The notes beneath the pieces were generated by a model. The model ran no database searches, was not told the DNA's origin, and saw only the letters and a program-made list of their open reading frames with translations. Shown here in pieces: positions 28,285 to 42,099 of a stretch of 64,000 nt of DNA. The DNA comes from Eledone cirrhosa (lineage: Eukaryota). Every line of letters begins with the position of its first letter. Within the stretch, counting starts at the first letter, position 1. A program made the position numbers and the translations under genes. Where the stretch lies: assembly GCA_964016885.1 (NCBI GenBank), contig OZ024742.1, forward strand, positions 62,372,001 to 62,436,000, read 5' to 3'.

Positions 28285-29291
28285 TGCTTACATACATGTG
28301 CTTCTCCCCGTGTTCCCCTTTATTGATATGTTCTCTGCGTTTTCTTTTCTTTTTTCCTATCCGTTTAATTTTTCTCTCTCTTCTTTTTCGCTTCCCCAAT
28401 AACTTTCAAGAGAATTTGACGCACTGGAGATAGACATATTGTCTATTATGCGTTGAAATGTCGGTGACCTCCAACAGACAATATATATATATATATATAC
28501 AAATAAAATACAGAGTCACTAACTCATATGGATATTCTGCAATTAACAGCTCAAAATATATATTTGACTTTGCCTTTCATCCTTACGGGGTCGATAAAAT
28601 AAAGTACCAGTAATGCACTGGGTAATTGTTGGCCTTGTGCTTAAAGTAGAAACAATTATATAATAATATCGACCCCGTAAGGATGAAAGGCAAAGTTAAT
28701 CCCGCCGAGGTTAACTTTGCGTTTCATCCTTACGGGGTCGATAAAATAAAGTACCAGTAATGTACTGGGTATTTGCTGGCCTTGTGCCTAAAGTAGAAAC
28801 AATTATATAATATGTAGAAATAAACACAGTGAATTCTGTGTCTAAAATTACGAGGGTAGAGAATACCACAATTGTTTTATATATTTAACCTGAATCATAC
28901 GTAAGATATAAAACATTGTTCATAAGATATAAACATTTTTCATATACAGACCGTATCAATAACTATTTCATCTGTCGGACAGATTAGAGATTTAATCTGT
29001 TTCGCCATGAAAATTGTGTTTATAACAGATAATCCGTAGGCTTTCCTCAGCTAGAGATGGGATCAAATGAAACAAAACACATGTAACTACAATTCACAGG
29101 AGTGAATATCACACCTCGTGCATTGGGCGTTATACGTGGTGTGAGTGGATATGCTAGAAATAATAGCCTCATTACACTCAACTTATAAGCTCACCTTGTT
29201 AGGGAGCCGAAATACAAATAAAATACAGAGTTACTAACTCATATTGATACCCTGAAATTAACAAGCTCAAAGTATAAATACTGAGCATTAT

Positions 29292-29490
29292 ATAATAATA
29301 TATGTAGAAATAAACACAGTGAATTCTGTGTCTAAAATTACGAGGGTAGAGAATACAACATTTGCTTTATATATTTAACCTGAATCTTACGTAAGATTCA
29401 GGTTAAATATATAAAACATTTGTGGTATTCTCTACCCTCGTAATTTTAGACACAGAATTCACTGTGTTTATTTCTACATATATTATTATA
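29292..29490. repeat. ~200-bp near-perfect palindrome
   Basis: Centre aatcttac|gtaagatt at 29390/29391; partial copies at 27030-27168 and 28805-28910. Confidence 0.9.
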
Positions 29491-30630
29491 TATATATATA
29501 TGTAATCTGAGTTTTTCTAATATTAATAATTGATTCTACTTTTGGCACTAGGTCAGCAAATACCCATTACATTACTGGTACTTTATTTTATCGACCTCGT
29601 AAGGATGAAAGGCAAAGTTAACCTCGTCGGGATTTGAACTCGGATCGTAAAGGGACGTAACTATGCTGGAAAGCATGTCCGACCCTATACCGATACTGCC
29701 AATTCACAATAACATTCGATTCGTTTGCAATTGTACAAACAAGCCTCATTATTAAGCCATGTCAGTAGAATGAACCCTTCATTCTTGCCCATGTGTTGGC
29801 ATGATTTAATACATAAATGGCTTCTACAAGACTAGAACTGTTTAATTCGGAGGAAAGCTGACTGTCAATGTAATATGATGGCATTTATACATTTTGTGGT
29901 GGTAGGGGAGGGTGGTGATTGGGATAGGTGGAGGGTCATTGGCTGATGGATTTAAAGAAAGGGGATTCTTTGAAAAAACTATATTTAGAGAAAAATACAT
30001 ACTGATACAAAAACAAAGTTATATTCACGGTAAGTACCTATAGACAAACACTTACACACTGACAGACACTCGTTATTTTCAAGGTTCATTTATTCTAGGG
30101 AAACAAAGGATTTTCATTGAGTGGCAATATTAACATGCTCTGCTAAAGGATGGTGAGGTCTGCAAAAATTGTCAGAAGTCTACAATCAGCCCCCCCCCCC
30201 CGCCCTCAAACACACGTATATATATATTTTTTTTCAAGGTTCAATTATGCTAAGCAGACTAAAGAATTTTTTGTAAGTGGCTGCATTAACATGCTGTGTT
30301 AAAGTTTACAAAATGGTCAGTTCTTTACACTCACACACAACCACACACGCGCGCAGGCACACACTCACGCACACACACATACACACACATATGTGTACAT
30401 ATACATACACACATATCTATAAATACCCACATATATACATATGTATATACATATATACATATATACACATAAACAAATATACATATACACACACATATGT
30501 ATATATATATACACACAGACACACATATATATATATACACACACATATATACATTCATACATACATACACACAGACACACACAGACATATATATATATAT
30601 ATACATATATACATATATATATACATATAT

Positions 30631-31645
30631 ATATTTATTAAAATAACAGATTAAAGTTTAAGCAAAGAATCGCTGCTTTCACCCTTAACGGGATCTTCTG
30701 AAACAAACAAAGTCAATCTATAAACGCAGAAGTGGATATTTCAAAAAACGTTGCAACCGGAGGAAGACAGGAAGACGAGACTTTGGTTCGTGGAAACGTT
30801 CGCTGGCAAAGAACGGGAAAAAACGAATAATACGTCATTAATAGGAGCGGTGAAAAACAATTACGCGCAAAGACAGAACCACGTTTATGGTATAAAAGAG
30901 GTCGTAGACTAATGTTCTCTTAGGTGGTGCATAGAGACGTTCTCTGGCAATGAACGAAAAAACGAAGATAATAAGTCATATGTGGTGCGTGCAGAACAAT
31001 AGCACGCAAAGACAAAACCACGTAAATGGTATAGCAGAATTTGTAGACTAAAATTCTAACTAGGAGACCAAATGAATCTCCGCTACAGAGTTAAGAACAA
31101 AGTAAATAAATACAATACAGAAGTAATAGAAACAAATAAATACATACACGCAAACAGATACGTACATAGACAAGCATACGCAAAACCTTACCATAGGTAT
31201 ACAAAACCACGCACATATAAATATGTGTGTGTGTCTATGCTTGTTACAAATAAATAAATAAATATATAAACGTATATAAGTAAATAAATACGTATATAAC
31301 AAGCGCACAGATTATACCTACAAATAAATACACGAATGTTCGGAGACGTAAGTCAACTAAAATAAGAAGTACACATATACACACACCCACCATACGTACG
31401 AACCTGCATACTCACGCAGACGCAAAACTCCCGTATACACATAGCGAAACCCTAAATACCAGAATATGTAAAAATTATACGCCATAACAGTCACATATAC
31501 GTACGAAAAGGTATACATACCTTCACAAAACATACGGGTAATATATACTTACCTATGCAAATAAGTAAAGGAATAAACAAAACATATACTTAGCTCCCAC
31601 ATCAGGACGTAAAATATCCACGTATAGATCGTGCTATCCGTTAGG
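30631..31645 (-). mobile_element. Naiad-like PLE 3' UTR/pseudo-LTR, inverted copy of 34549-35570
   Basis: Reverse-complement match along ~1 kb. Confidence 0.9.
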
Positions 31646-31646
31646 G

Positions 31647-33089
31647 TCTTGGAATATATGTCTCATGATAATAAACAACAACAACTAACACTATTAATAC
31701 CACCATCTATGCTATAAACCATACCACTATCAACACCACCACGAAACCCAGACAACAATCAATACTGAAACCAAACTACAACATTTCCACCACCAACATC
31801 CCCACTAACACCACATTCCTATTAGTACTACTACAAACACTGCCACTAACACCCTACTACTACCAACATCAGCACCATCACTAATGCCACGTTACACCGC
31901 TGCCAGCAACACATCACCTCTAGCACCACTACCAATACCATCACCAAAACCACAACTAAAACCACACATATTCGTACCACTACCACCACCAACATCATCA
32001 CTAACACCTCACCCTTGTTAGCATCACTACTATTTGACCAACACAACCACAAACACCACACCCCTATTAACATCACTACCTCCACCAACAGACCAGCACT
32101 AACACCACATACTTATTAGCACCACAACCATTTGACCGGGTGACATGAGAGTGGAGGAGGGTGGGACTGATCTCAGATAAAGTACAGTGATGGTCAGAAT
32201 AGTTACTAGAGAGTAATGGAGTAGTGTGGCATGAATAGGTCAGATCACGTTTACATTCTACTATTAATAGACAAGTGTCCTCCAGTACGGCATGCTGCCA
32301 ATCCTTGTTGTTCTTTAATATCTTTGTCATGAGATTTAGTTTCCTAAGTTCAGTCTCCACTTCTTCATTCCTTCTCTTACAGTATCTACCTTTTGCATGA
32401 GTCCCATTCACTGATATTTCTCCGTATTTCTTTATACAGTTGCTATCCTCCATATGCATCACATACTCATACCATTGCAGGCTTCTCTCTTTCACACTAC
32501 ATCGGTTTCCTCTTATGCCTAGTTTTTCTCACAGTTCACGTATGCTGCATTGTTCATGCACACTAACATTGAACATCAACCAGAGCATACTCGCTTCATT
32601 TCTTTCCAGCCATCACAGATCTTGTACAGTCAAGGCATTGCAGTTCATATGCGGATATCATCTATTTTACCCCTACCTAGCATAATGCCAAACTGTATTT
32701 TATCTAGCTTCAATATGTTCCTAATTAATTGTACTATAACTCTTGATAATTTTCATGAGCTATTCCTTCAACTTGATACCTATGTAGTTACCGCTGATTA
32801 GAACATCTACTTTATCCTTGTAGCAGTTACAACCATTGGGTGAGAAAAAGACATGTTGTATAGTATAGTCTTGTACTGGCTTAAAATAAGTTACAGGAAT
32901 AAACACATACCTTGTGTCAAATCTGTTCTTGTCATTTTGTTTGAATACACAATTTCTGGATATTTAAGAGGGTCTTTCAAGCAAGGATTAAACTTTTGAT
33001 AAACCATCATCCATCCAATAGAATCATTACAATTGTTCCTTTTGTGTGAAATGTGGAATCTTACACTCCTGAAATACACACGTACAAAC

Positions 33090-33127
<38 letters not shown>

Positions 33128-33216
33128 TAAAGTTTAAACAAAGAATCGCCGCTTTCACCCTTAACGGGATCTTCTGAAATTTATCATTTATTATTAGTTT
33201 TCAAATTTATTATTAT

Positions 33217-33266
<50 letters not shown>

Positions 33267-33366
33267 ATATATTGATATATAAGAAAGTAAGTCCATAGAA
33301 TCATTTGATCAAATATATACAGTATTTATCCTCCCAATCACCATAATTAACCACACAAAATCAATT
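31647..33366 (-). repeat. Inverted duplicate of window positions 1-1677
   Basis: Near-identical reverse complement; duplicated ORFs in the track (831..1247 versus 32076..32495 and others). Confidence 0.95.
32911..33068 (-). pseudogene. Orphan copy of exon 258-415
   Basis: 158 bp, open frame, AG and GT intact; no other exons of the gene seen on this strand. Confidence 0.8.
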
Positions 33367-33872
33367 AAACGAGGCTATAAGTTTAAAATGTACCTATGAA
33401 GAAACACTAGATAAATAAATGATAGCTATTTTATCCGCGATCAACAGCCACAGAAAATGTACCCAGTATTTCTAATAGCCCGTAGAAATTGATTAGACAT
33501 ATAGCCAACCATACACAATTAGGTACAAAATCAAAGTTAGAAGAAAAAATGTACAAAAACATACCAAAATTATGTTTCTACCCCATCAGGTTTCATTCGC
33601 TTTTTGGAAATATCCGATCATGGATAAATTCACGAGTTTCGAAATCATCAGGAAACAAACTCAATTGGACAACGATTTTTCTTAAATGATCCCCGCCAGA
33701 AACGAATTCAAAATGGCTAAGAATTGTCACATGGCCAGTGGTCAAGTCAGAAAGCTGATTGGGAGAAGAAATACTGAATATATTTTATCAAATGATTCTA
33801 TGGACTTACTTTCTTATATACTGCTCTGATTGTTGATTATTTAATTAATTAATTCATCATTGAGCCACACCG

Positions 33873-33920
<48 letters not shown>

Positions 33921-34110
33921 TCCGTCTAGTTTATGTATAGGTAAACCTATATATTTTATATACTCCCGTATGGTTGAGTAACAACACTTTAGGCAGTATT
34001 CGGCTGCGCTTTATAGCAACCAGCCTACTCGCCGTCAGGCACCAATCACATGCATGTATATGTATGTATGTATACACTAAGTATGTATGTATGTATACAC
34101 ATGTAGTTAG

Positions 34111-35570
34111 TACTAACTGTAATTGTAGGAATCGGGTTGATTGCCCCCTACCCGAGAAATGCCTCTCTAGTAACATTGTCTACAAATGTAAGGTTGTAAC
34201 ACCCACGTCCCATAGGGCCTACATAGGGTTAACTGCAAATAGATTCAAGCAGCGTCTTTACACGAATACCTATTCTTTTCGTTACCCTCTAAGAAGGAAT
34301 ATGACGTCACTTTCAGCTTATATCTGGAGTCTAAAAGACAACCACACCCAATAGAAGTTACACTGGGAGATCCTAGCTAGGGCTAGATCGTATAACGGAA
34401 ATAAAAGGCCATGTGACCTCTGCAACGCTGAGGCCCTGGAAAAATACTCAAAGCCACAGACCACATCTTAAACAAAAAATCTGAGGCAATTTCGGCTTGT
34501 AAACATAAATTGCACAAAACTTTCTTGTATTACAGCCGCACTTTATATCCTAACGGATAGTACGATTTATACGTGGATATTTTACGTCTAGATGTGGGAT
34601 CTAAGTATATGTTTTGTTTATACCATTACTTATTTGCATAGGTAAGTATATATTACCCGTATGTTTTGTGAAGGTACGTATACCTTCTCGTACGTATATT
34701 TGATTGTTTATGTTATGGCGTATAATTTTATATATTCTGGTACATATGGTTTGGCTATGTGTATACGGGAGTTTTGCGTCTGTGTGAGTATGCAGGTTCG
34801 TACGTATGTAGGTGTGTGTATATGTGTACTTCATGTTTTGGTTGACTTACGTCTCCGAACATTCGTGTATTTACATGTAGGTATGTGTGTGCGCTTGTTA
34901 TATACGTATTTATTTATTTATATACGTTTATATAATTATTTATTTATTTGTATACACGCATAGACACACACACATATTTATATGTGCGTGGTTTTGTATA
35001 CCTATGGTAAGTGTTTTGCGTATGCTTGTGTATGTACGTATTTGTCTGCGTGTATGTATTTATTTATTTCTATTACTTCTGTATTGTATTTATTTACTTT
35101 ATTCTTAACTCTGTAGCGGAGATTCATTCGGTCTCCTAGTTAGAATTTTAGTCTACGACTTCTGCTATACCATTTACGTGGTTTTGTCTTTGCGTGCTAT
35201 TGTTCTCCACGCTCCACATATGACGTATTATCTTCGTTTTTTCGTTCATAGCCAGAGAACGTCTCTATGAACCACCTCAGAGAACATTAGTCTACGACCT
35301 CTTTTATACCATAAACGTGGTTCTGCCTTTGCGCGTAATTGTTTTTCACCGCTACTATTAACGACGAATTATATTCGTTTTTTTCCGTTCTTTGCCAGCG
35401 AACGTTTCCACGAACCAAAGTATCGTCTTCCTGTCTTCCTCCGGTTGCAACGTTTTTTGAAATATCCACTTCTGCGTTTACAGATTGACTTTGTTTGTTT
35501 CAGAAGATCCCGTTAAGGGTGAAAGCAGCGATTCTTTGCTTAAACTTTAATCTGTTATTTTAATAAATAT
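34111..35570 (+). mobile_element. 5'-truncated Naiad-like PLE: GIY-YIG endonuclease + 1-kb 3' UTR
   Basis: CNCRNRVDCPLPEKCL..IVYKC..AYIGLT..FKQR..SLSAYIWSLK..CDLC; hammerhead-like end at 35501. Confidence 0.9.
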
Positions 35571-36127
35571 TTGCTCTTCGGTTCTTATATATTTGATATA
35601 TATTTTCCTTATCAAGCCCTCTTTGGATTTAGTCTTCAATTTTATTATTATTACTATACATATATATATACATATATACATATAATTTCTGCACCGATCT
35701 CTAGCAGAATAAACTTTCACTTTTATTGATATCTCTAACCTTGAGATGAATGACTATTCTGAGTCTCCTGGAAGTCTACGGAATACGAAATAGCGCTATA
35801 GGGTCTCTAATAATTTCATCTAGAGTACATATTCTTCTCTGTAATATGTAGTATATATACAATACACTGTCTTTGGATATATGTGTCCTACTCTCTCTAT
35901 ATATGTATATACATTTTACATTTGACTTATTATTGCTGTGAATAATGTCTGTAGCAAGGCGGTCAGCAGTGAAATAAAAAGGTCTATAAGAAATCAGAAG
36001 GCGTTTTGATTGAAAACAAACATAGGAACTTATTAAGTCATGTGACAAGCATGACTAATGCAGAATAGGTGACAAAGATGTAGAAATCTAGCAGCAACTG
36101 AAATATTCAGTTTAAATTTTCGAGCCT

Positions 36128-36165
36128 GTCGGAAGTGACGCCACCGAGCCTTTGCGCATGTACTC
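36128..36165 (+). promoter_or_regulatory. Candidate promoter of paralogue B
   Basis: CGGAAGT (ETS), TGACG (CRE half-site) and TGCGCATG (NRF1-like) within 35 bp, 1.4 kb upstream of the ATG exon. Confidence 0.45.
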
Positions 36166-36534
36166 ACAATATGTCTATTGAGTTTGTTTATTGAGAATCA
36201 CAAAATTCTGACATACTTAATATATGACTGTCTTTTCGCTCGCCCACAGGCTCTTGAACTTAAGGTCCGTTATCGCTATGGTCTTGGATTTTCTTACTTT
36301 CAGTTGCTCGCACATTGCTCGGTTTATTTTTTTTTTCGCTTTTTCTCTTTTCTTCCTTTTCCCTTCTATTTTCCTTTCCTCCCTTCTCCTTTTTCCCAAT
36401 AACTTTCCCAGCTATTGAACGCTCTGGGTGGTAGATATCTTTTCTTTAAAGCGTGGAAATATCCGAGACTCCCAGTAGACAACTGATGAGTAACCCCCGT
36501 TCTTGCTTTCTTCTTATTCTCACGCCATTTTAAG

Positions 36535-36592
<58 letters not shown>

Positions 36593-36599
36593 ATGGGCG

Positions 36600-37390
36600 T
36601 GCTAAAATATCTGGTGGACCATAACCCACCAGAGTACTGGATACTTGGAGTAGTAGAGTGGGTAATGTGAAAAGAATCAGGACCCCAACAGCTGAGAACG
36701 GGTCACTGGGGGTAGATAGCGATACATCCTCCAGATATGATGGTTAGTTGATGAATATGTGGGTAGCGCAAGACGAATAAGCAATGCCCAGACTAACAGA
36801 AGTAAGCTACTAACAGTAATGGAGCAAAGCTAGACATCAGATTGGTTACTCTGGTAAATAAGACCACCAAAACTGCAGTATAGTGAGAGGTAAGAAAAAG
36901 AATCATACTGCATCGTTCTTCATGAGGGAGGATTTCCCTCTTGAAGGCTGAAAGATAGGTGTCTTTGGGTTGTGAAATGTTATGTACCAAACAACGACTC
37001 TGAATACTGGTCCTTCATTAATGAAGTCACTGCAGCACTAGATGTAGTTAAGCCTGAGTCATATATCTTAATGGGACACTTCAATGCATATTTTGGCACT
37101 GACTACCTGACATGGAAAAGAGTAATTGGAAGGAACAGTGATCCTGATATAAATATGAAGGGAGAGGCCCTATTAGACTTCTGTTCTAGCAATAGACTCT
37201 TTATTATGAATATCTTCTTCCAGTACATTGACATGCATAAATATACATGGTATAAAGGAGATCAGGGACAGAGATCAATAATTTATATTTTTATTGTCTC
37301 TGATCTCTTTGATTCTATGGTGGATGTTTGTGTTAAGAGAGGGGCTGAGCTGTCAACTCATCACCATCTAATGATCTGTAGTTAGTGACA
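36600..37390 (+). mobile_element. Degenerate RTE LINE endonuclease fragment
   Basis: YVPN...ILMGHFNA...LLDFC..N.LFIMN.FF.....KYTWY. Confidence 0.75.
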
Positions 37391-37527
37391 ACCTAAGCCA
37401 AAGAATCACACATAATTTACTTTTCATCATTTTGGTGGTGGATACAATTTGGTTGACAATATCACACATCCATAAAATATTGTGGCTTTATGTCTAAACA
37501 AAGTGAAAATTCTTCTTTTCAGATACA

Positions 37528-37855
37528 ATGATGTCAAAGAAATGTTGGCAACCTTTAATAATAATTTTATTGATGTTCCACTGTATATCACATTCTTCTA
37601 ATTCTAATACCAACATTGGTTCCTATTTTCATCGGCTGAAAGGAAAAGGTATTATACATACTGATGAACTGACAAAAACATACCCTGTCATATTTGTTAA
37701 TGCCGTATTTGAATGTATTCAGCATTGCATTAGTATGCCCTATTGCAGTTATTTTACTTACTATGATAAAAGCTGTGAGATATTTCATGCCTGGCAAGAT
37801 AGTATTGCTGTGATACCATCAACAATACACCAGAGTTATTATTCAGTACATGAAG
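37528..37855 (+). CDS. Paralogue B coding exon 1: signal peptide + PAN/Apple-like domain
   Basis: Acceptor ttcttttcAG at 37522; hydrophobic N-terminus; ECIQHC...YCSYFTY..KSCEI cysteine pattern; donor G|GTAAGT. Confidence 0.85.
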
Positions 37856-38199
37856 GTAAGTAAAATCATTTTTCAAACTAATTTTTTTAATGATAAATTA
37901 ATAGTAATGTGGGATTATTGATTAGTCACCAAAGGTCATATACAGTAACTGCTATCAATTCAGTATTTCTAGTTCAATTACCTGAGTACATATCTTGTTA
38001 ATCAATAACCTTTGAACAACACTTGATTTCAATATTTTAATAGAAATTCATTAGTTGTTGATTTTAAGTTTAATTTCTTGTAGAATGTAGTTGTTCATGA
38101 GTAATATCAACACAAGTGATGTAGTAGGATAACAAGCAGACTAAGAATAAAGGAAGATTTTGTATGCAATAGATGAACAGCAATAATCGATAGTAAGAG

Positions 38200-38955
38200 C
38201 GTCAGTGTTATAAATCTTTTCCAATCAAATAAAGGGTCCATAAAAGTGGTTGATAGCTTCTGCTATCTAGGTGATCTAATCAGCAGTGAAGGAGAGTGCT
38301 CTGAGAGTATAGTAGCTAGAATAAAGATAGGATGGAAGAAGTTTAGAGAGATACTCCCACTGTTGTCAACAAAATTGTTCTCACTCCATACAAAAGGACA
38401 GCTCTATGTTTGTGTGTGATGTGCAATGCTACATGGTAGCATACTTCAATTTATGTGCAAAGGTAATGTGAAATAATTGTTTCTACTTTTGGTACAAGGC
38501 CAGCAATTACCCAGTACATTATTGGCATTTTATTTTATCGACGCCGTAAGGATGAAAGGAAAAGTTAACCTCGACGGGATTTGAACTCAGACCACAAAGG
38601 GATGTAACTATGCTAGAAAGCATGGCGTCCAAGTGAAATAATGGCAGTTTGGTTGAACTGAGAGAAAAACTAGATTTAAGATGAACCAGAAGTGGTGTGA
38701 AAGATTGAAAACTGCATTGGTATAGACATGTGCTTGTATGATGATCTCTGGGTGATGAATTGCCAGGAACTCCCAGTAGAAGGAAGCCACAGTATAAAAA
38801 AACCAAGGAAGACACAAGCAGAGGTGGTGAGATCTGAATCTAAATCACTGAAACTCACAGAGGAGATGATCAAGGAAGTTGACAAGTGGAGAGATGCTGT
38901 GCTGAAAACGACATGTCCAAGCCCTGCTAGTATGGAAAATGATGATGATGATGTA
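38200..38955 (+). mobile_element. RTE LINE fragments interrupted by a SINE (38475-38630, -)
   Basis: VVDSFCYLGDLIS...RIKIGWKKFRE; (GAT)n tail at 38940. Confidence 0.75.
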
Positions 38956-40319
38956 TCATTATGTAACTATAATTCAGAAGAAATGCAATCCATCTAATGG
39001 GACCCCATAAAGTTTCCATCTACCTAATTTCACTCACTATTCTTGAGTCAATTTGAGAATATGATAAATATATTTGCAAATGTGTGACAGGATAGGATTG
39101 AGCCAGGGAACTCAGGATTGCAAAGCAAGTGTTATAACCACTTAGCCACACCTGTGGTCTACATTATCCTATTTAACACACACATAAACTTAATCTAGGA
39201 TTCTAGGAATAACAAATATTATTAAAGAACCATTATTTTAATAGGGAACATAGCATTATCTAAGGTTCCCATGAAAATAGTGTAAAATGATTTGAAGATT
39301 CTTTATTATCTAAGATTTAAAGAATCATTATTTCAAAACTTCACATACACTAACTACTGTTTCTTTGAAAGAAGAGTGAAATAATTTAAACAAATGTTAT
39401 ATCAATACTGGTCATAGTGATATCTAATGTTCCTTTGAAATAAAGTGAAGTAATTTGAAGAAATCTTATTGCAACAATACCAGACATAATGTTATCCAGG
39501 TTTTGAAAGAACATTTTCTCAAAACTGGGGAGTTTAGGCCAAGTGAATACATTGATGTCTGGCATTAACATTCTTTGGGATTAATGAGTGTTTGGGATTA
39601 ATGACTCACTTTTGGTTCTAGGACATTTTTTGGTCACTCCCAGATAAATGCTTCTGCTGGAAGACTAAACTTAATGAAGGACTTGTTGCTTGGTGTTGGG
39701 ATGGGCACTGCCAAGCATTTCTAAGCCCTATTGAAATGACATGATGAACATGCAATCAAATATCTAGAGTGGAACCCCAAATCTGGCTGCGTCAGTTATG
39801 GGATTTTATTGATTGAACCACAGAGCTGGTGATATATCAAGTATAAGCTATGGTTAAATACAACCACAGAGGCTCTTTGTGTTGTCTTTAGAGACACCTA
39901 GAAAAGTGATGGTATTGCTAATATCAACCACTCAGTAGAAACCTCATATATTACATTGTCACAGGTTCTAATCTACCTCCAGTATGGTGTCAAAGCTACC
40001 ATTTCATACAACAAAATAGACAATGTGGTAGCTTCTCTTTTGTGAGTCACCATACTAGAAATAATAGTCAAATATACATGAAATGATACCCGACTATAAT
40101 AAATCTATTTGATAAGTGATGACCTAAACAACAATATTTGTCAATTGTGAAGTGAAATGACTTATAACTGAAAATTGAAACATTGGTTGACAGGAACATT
40201 ACCTATAATTACTATGTCTCTCTCTAAGATTCCTTCCACAATTTTCTGTTTCCTATACTTACACCTATATATTCTAAGAATTATTCAATTTAAAAAAACC
40301 CAGTTTTATTCTTCTCCAG

Positions 40320-40477
40320 GTACATGGCATAAGATCTATGTGTTACCAAAGAACAGCCATCTAAAACCAATGTGGTTTTATAGAGGTGGTAATGTAAATA
40401 ATTGTAAGAAGTTAATTTGTTCTGAGGCCTACCGAGATCATTTTATAAATACTTGGAAAGATATATCAGTTAAAAAT
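40320..40477 (+). CDS. Paralogue B coding exon 2
   Basis: cttctccAG ... |GTAAGA; phase 1 to 0; GTWHKIYVLPK...INTWKDISVKN. Confidence 0.85.
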
Positions 40478-40809
40478 GTAAGAGATTTTATTTATTTATT
40501 TTCCATATTGTATAAGTATATATGTTCTTGTGGTTAGAAGATTCTGAGTTTCATATCACACGAGAGATAGAGAGGGAGAGAGAGAGAGGGGAGAGAGAAA
40601 GAGAGGGAAAGAGAGAGAGAGATGGCTTGTAACCTATCATGTAGACAACCTCTGCACATAAGGATATCATTGCATATGTTGAATGTTGAATTATATGTGG
40701 AAACAAGTACCTTTCCTTGTTTCAATATCTACACATGTATATACACAGTTATTACATGCTTACCTTCCGGAATATTAAAAATATTTTTGCAGTTCCATTA
40801 ATGGATTAT

Positions 40810-41172
40810 ACTTCAGACAAACTACAATGACCTTCATTCAGACATAATGTATCTAAGAACTACATTATCTAATGTGTATTCATTCAGACATAATATATCT
40901 AGAATTAAATTATGTAGTGTTTCTACAATCAAACATTAAGTATCTAGAATTACATTATCTAATGTGTCTTCATTCAGTCATAATATATCTAAGACTACAT
41001 TACCTAATGAGTCTTCATACTTAATGTGTCAAACATAATGTATCTAGGGCTACACTACCAAATATATATTTCTGACAAACCACAATAACCTTCATTCAGA
41101 CATATTATATCTAGAATTACATTATGTAGTGTTTCTACATTCAGACATTAAGTATCTAGAACTACATTATAT
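40810..41172. repeat. Degenerate minisatellite, ~46-bp unit
   Basis: cattcagacataatgtatctagaactacattatctaatgtgt recurs about 7 times. Confidence 0.8.
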
Positions 41173-41392
41173 ATCGTGTTAATTCTATTTTAATAAGGTA
41201 GGGTGTGATATGAGGGGAATTGGGGCTCTAATTTTAGCAGATCAAGTAACTACACAATGGTCTATTTGTTGTCTTGAGAAGCTTTCTTGTTTGTTTGTTA
41301 TTTATAAATGTTTATACATGTTGATATATCAGACTTGATATAACTGTTAATGTTATTCTCACATCACTGATTGTTGGGATTGTTTATTTCAG

Positions 41393-41547
41393 GTAAAAGT
41401 GGTTCTTGAAAAAAACAAAACTGAGGTTGTGACAATTACCTTCAATGGAACAGGTTCAGACAATATGAACTGGTTTCAAAAAGATAGAGTTCTACATTTC
41501 CCATGGAAAGATTTTAATGCTGGCTTTGATGTGTTCTACATGAATAC
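41393..41547 (+). CDS. Paralogue B coding exon 3
   Basis: atttcAG ... |GTATGT; phase 0 to 2; VKVVLEKNKTEVVTITFNGTGSDNMNWFQKDRVLHFPWKDF. Confidence 0.88.
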
Positions 41548-41798
41548 GTATGTCTGTTTTAAATTATTCATTGATAAATTTTACTCATAATCATGTCCAT
41601 ATGAAGTGGATGTATTAGACACAGGCACACACATATACACATATTCACAAACACACAAATAGACATATATATATATCCATGGAGTGTAACGTGAGGTTAC
41701 TATAGGTTCACCCAGGTGAGCACTCGATGTTTAGGTTCACGTCAGTGGCAAGGTGTAGAGCTAATAACAGTGTAATATAATAATAGAAGGACAATTAT

Positions 41799-42040
41799 TT
41801 AAGCCTTCATTACGTTTATTGATTTGTGACGCACGTTTCGCTATTGATCAGCTCAAGGTTCGATCTGTATCGATCAGGCCCGACTCTGGAATCAAAAGCT
41901 CGTCGGACCTCTGTTGTAATGAGAGCAGAGGTTCGACAAGCTTTTGATTTCAGAGTCGGTCCAGATCAATACAGATCGAACCTTGAGCTGATCAATAGCG
42001 AAACGCGCGTCACCAATCAATATACGTAATGAAGGCTTAA
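41799..42040. mobile_element. 240-bp hairpin element with hammerhead-like ends
   Basis: ~118-bp arms, loop under 10 nt; ccttga-GCT gatcaat AGC-GAAACGCGCGTC; single-arm copy at 52132-52203. Confidence 0.85.
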
Positions 42041-42099
42041 CTAATCGTGCTTGTATTACCCCCCCCCCCCCCACACCCACACACATATATATATATATA

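Noticed and set aside
40810-41172. CRISPR-like array
   Set aside because: Tandem degenerate units without unique spacers; eukaryotic intron; no cas genes
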